A stretch of DNA of 59,813 bases, filler included, from Jimgerdemannia flammicorona (taxonomy: Eukaryota): assembly GCA_003990765.1 (NCBI GenBank). It is 3 parts of 3 records of this genome, joined end to end, with 100 filler letters (N's around TTAATTAATTAA, not from the genome) between each part and the next. Parts side by side here need not be neighbours in the genome. Positions count along the whole stretch, not along the records: positions 39,947 to 59,813 come from RBNJ01001821.1; 2 more parts are not named here. One strand, 5' to 3'. The notes beneath the pieces are model-generated. The model saw only the letters and a program-made list of their open reading frames with translations. It was not told the origin of the DNA and did no database searches. Below are positions 56,968 to 59,813 of the stretch, one piece after another. The position numbers and the translations under genes were made by a program. Each line of letters starts with the position of its first letter. Positions within the stretch are counted from its first letter, which is position 1.

Positions 56968-59813
56968 TCCCGGTCAACGTGCGGGTCACTTAAATCCACC
57001 GATACTGTTAGTACGACCGAACTCACACACATATATTGAAAGACTTTAGATAGTTACATAGATTTTTATTGTCATAAATATTTGTGAAAACATTAAAGTT
57101 TCTTCAGCAATGTTAAATTATAAATAAAATAAACACTGCACTTTCGTTTTCAAAGTACCAAAACAGGCTTCACAACGCCTCACACTTAAACTAATAAAGC
57201 CAGGTGTATTCCTATAAATGTTCCGCTTGCTCGAAACAGGCACATTTCACGTCAAATCTGGGGGACACGTGGTCGGATTTTTGCACATTCTGCAAAAAAG
57301 TCTTTTGCTTACCCTAAAATGCATTCGTGGAATGGAAGCAATCCTGGGCCCTTCCAGAATATCAGCAACGGCGTCACAGCACGTTTTGGCCGTCACGTTG
57401 TCTTTTTGTGAGCATGCTCCAAAAGCGGCTTAAATTGCCCGTCACTTGTCCCCAAATGAGTCTCCGAATGCCGAACGGAAACAACCAAGTCTTCGGTTTG
57501 TTCGTTTGGTAGGTCAGATAACCTCTGTTGTCAATACTCCAACAATTTTTGTTCGGAGGGTGAGATTGAAAACTATATCCCGAAATATTGGAAAGTGGAG
57601 CATGGGTGCTCCATTCCGTAGCGTGACACCATTGTTGGATTTTTAAGTCCTGAGAAGCGATTGAATATCGATCTGTTGAGGATTTGCGAACAGAATACTC
57701 AGCGAGGATGTTTTTAAATCCATCAACTATTTAAAAGGAAATATATGTATATATATATCGCTCCGTCAATAGTAAACTTCACGCAATCTCCTCTCTCTAG
57801 CGACTTAAAAGAAATGTATATATATATAAAAAAACGTCGCTTTGGTAATAGTAAACTTTCACACAAAATCTTCTCTCTTTTCCTTTCAAAAACCCATCCC
57901 TCACGGTGCTCACTATCGTAAATTCCCATTCCAGCTTCTAGCAGATCGTTATACCCAACCTTTTAGGCAAAAATATGATGGACTTTTTTTAGCTTCAGTA
58001 GTCGAGCATTTGAACTTATTTAGCAGCACGAACAATACTAAACCGCGTGGGTAGTCCTTGATTAGTATGAACCATGTAAATGCGGAATTGTCGGGATCAC
58101 TCTGGGCATAATCAACGTGTGAACCATGCCCTTCCTTCCTGGTTAAGGTTTGCCGTAGCTTGCCTGAGACGGGTCGGGGGTCATCGAGTTTGAAAATGCG
58201 AGGTAAGTCGGCGGCGATGCAGGGTGCCGCCCGAGTCGTCGACCACCATAGCGGATCCGAATGACGTTGTTATTGGGGGGAAGATGACCAGGAGGTATTT
58301 TGGTCGCCCAACATTGCTGTTGGTCAATTAAGTCTAAGGCTATATTTATAAGAAACGACCTTGTGATTTAACTAAATGCAGGCCCCGGAAGGCAACTCGC
58401 TTTAACCTTGCAATTACGCCACTCTCTAGCAGTTATGAAAGCACAACTTACTTAGTCGCCTCACTCCACCTCACCGATCCACCGTGTAAGTTTCACCGAA
58501 GTGGGCTCCTCCGCATGAAACGATCTGGTCTCATTGCGTAAAAAATCTATTCTCAAGTGGGTTCCAACAATGCACGCCCTTCCATGCAATGTATCAATCA
58601 CACCAGACTTAGTCATCGTACACCCACCCCTCCCATCCCGATTTGGCTCTTTCAATAAATGGCCCCTTCGTGAATTGCGACCTTGGAAGCGTGCAAGCTT
58701 CCGACCGGCCAACTCAAGGCACATCTCCATTCCGTCACGCGAAGCTTTGTCAATAAAAGTCGTGCCTTGAAAATTACACAAACCGTTCTTCCGATAATGC
58801 CTAGGATAAATAATTATTCCGATTGTCTTGACTTTCTTGACGTGTGAATATATTCTATCATGAAGGTAACTCTCTGTTACTTGATTCGGAGACGCGCAAT
58901 ATTCTCACTGAGTTACGAAGAGGGAGTTTAGCGATAGGCCAGACAATTGGTATTTGTAGAATAGTGCCTGGTTAGAATATTCGCTTTAGAATTTTCGGCC
59001 CGATGAGCGTAACAGTGAGATTCCCACACTTATGCTAGAGAGAATGTTGCAACCAGCAGCATGACATTTAGCCATTCCCACCACAACTTATATCCACTGT
59101 ACCCTGTAAATTGAATAAATCCGAAATCGCTGTTAGAAACCGTTTATTAGTACTACGTATATGTTAGCTTGATATGTTGTACTTAAACGACGAGGCATAG
59201 AACAGGTTAAGTTGCCTATGAGGAAGTGAGTGACATCGGAGCCACATGTCGTCGACATGGAATCGGTTTATGTAATCACTACATAATTAACTAATTTATC
59301 CCAACATAAGCGGAAATGGCGCTACGAAGTGTGGGCCATCTCTGATCACCATTCGAATTCTATGGATGTGGAAGTAAAAATACTGAAGCGATTACTCTAT
59401 TTTGTAATTCTACCATGCACAAAAGGCTTGAGATAGATAAAGCTCTTATAAAGACGAGAATTCAGATATCAACGACAAGCAACTCACTCAAGCGATCGCA
59501 AAAATAATCGTGGATTCTTCCCAAATTATAGCCAAGTACCAGTTCAGTCCCAGGTCCTCAACATCAAGAATCGCGATTGCCTTTTTGGCTCGCCAGACCC
59601 ATGACCGTTCAAGATTGGGAAGGTGCCCCAGCCGACGTTCTTTTTAAATATAAGTCCTGGGTTCCCGATTGTGTAGGTAGTTCCTAACTCCAAACAGTGC
59701 ACTTAATGAGGCCCCGAATGATTCTCCGCACAGCGATCCGTATGTATACAAAATAATGACAATTACCTCTCGTAATGATCTACGCTGACGAATCACGCGG
59801 CGATTACCCCCCC

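Noticed and set aside
58120..58215. U1 snRNA-like ACTTACCT on the minus strand
   Set aside because: Only 8 nt match, and no U1 stem-loops or Sm site could be recognised. It may simply be a splice-donor-like sequence on the plus strand.
57200..59813. Short ORFs in CpG-normal DNA (e.g. 58461-58781)
   Set aside because: No recognisable motifs or consistent exon chain. A gene may be present but cannot be supported by eye.

Overview
Eukaryotic, most likely fungal, repeat-dominated DNA. The taxon is inferred from short GT-AG introns, a Crinkler-type gene, L1/Tx1-like LINEs and chromoviruses. The window is not one locus: two identical 100-nt linkers (44 N + TTAATTAATTAA + 44 N) join three segments of 19,877, 19,869 and 19,867 nt, which look like size-sorted concatenated contigs. 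Segment 1 is a stack of degenerate L1/Tx1-like LINEs, including one inserted into another with a 10-bp TSD. Segment 2 holds a spliced SAM-Ubl-REase Crinkler-like gene, two dUTPase-carrying Ty3/Gypsy relics and a TIR-complete hAT transposon inserted into a long ORF-containing LTR. Segment 3 holds further Gypsy elements (one with both LTRs, a dUTPase and an extra ORF after integrase), a hAT-derived MITE and a Cys-rich type I membrane protein gene. TE sequence is almost devoid of CpG and in places heavily C>T/G>A mutated, whereas genes keep CpG. The best candidate for an undescribed system is a set of Gypsy elements with retrovirus-like accessory cargo: dUTPase in two different polyprotein positions, a conserved CxH-x12-CxxC module between dUTPase and protease, and accessory ORFs inside long LTRs or in the env position. 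All translations and alignments were done by eye; no database search was run.
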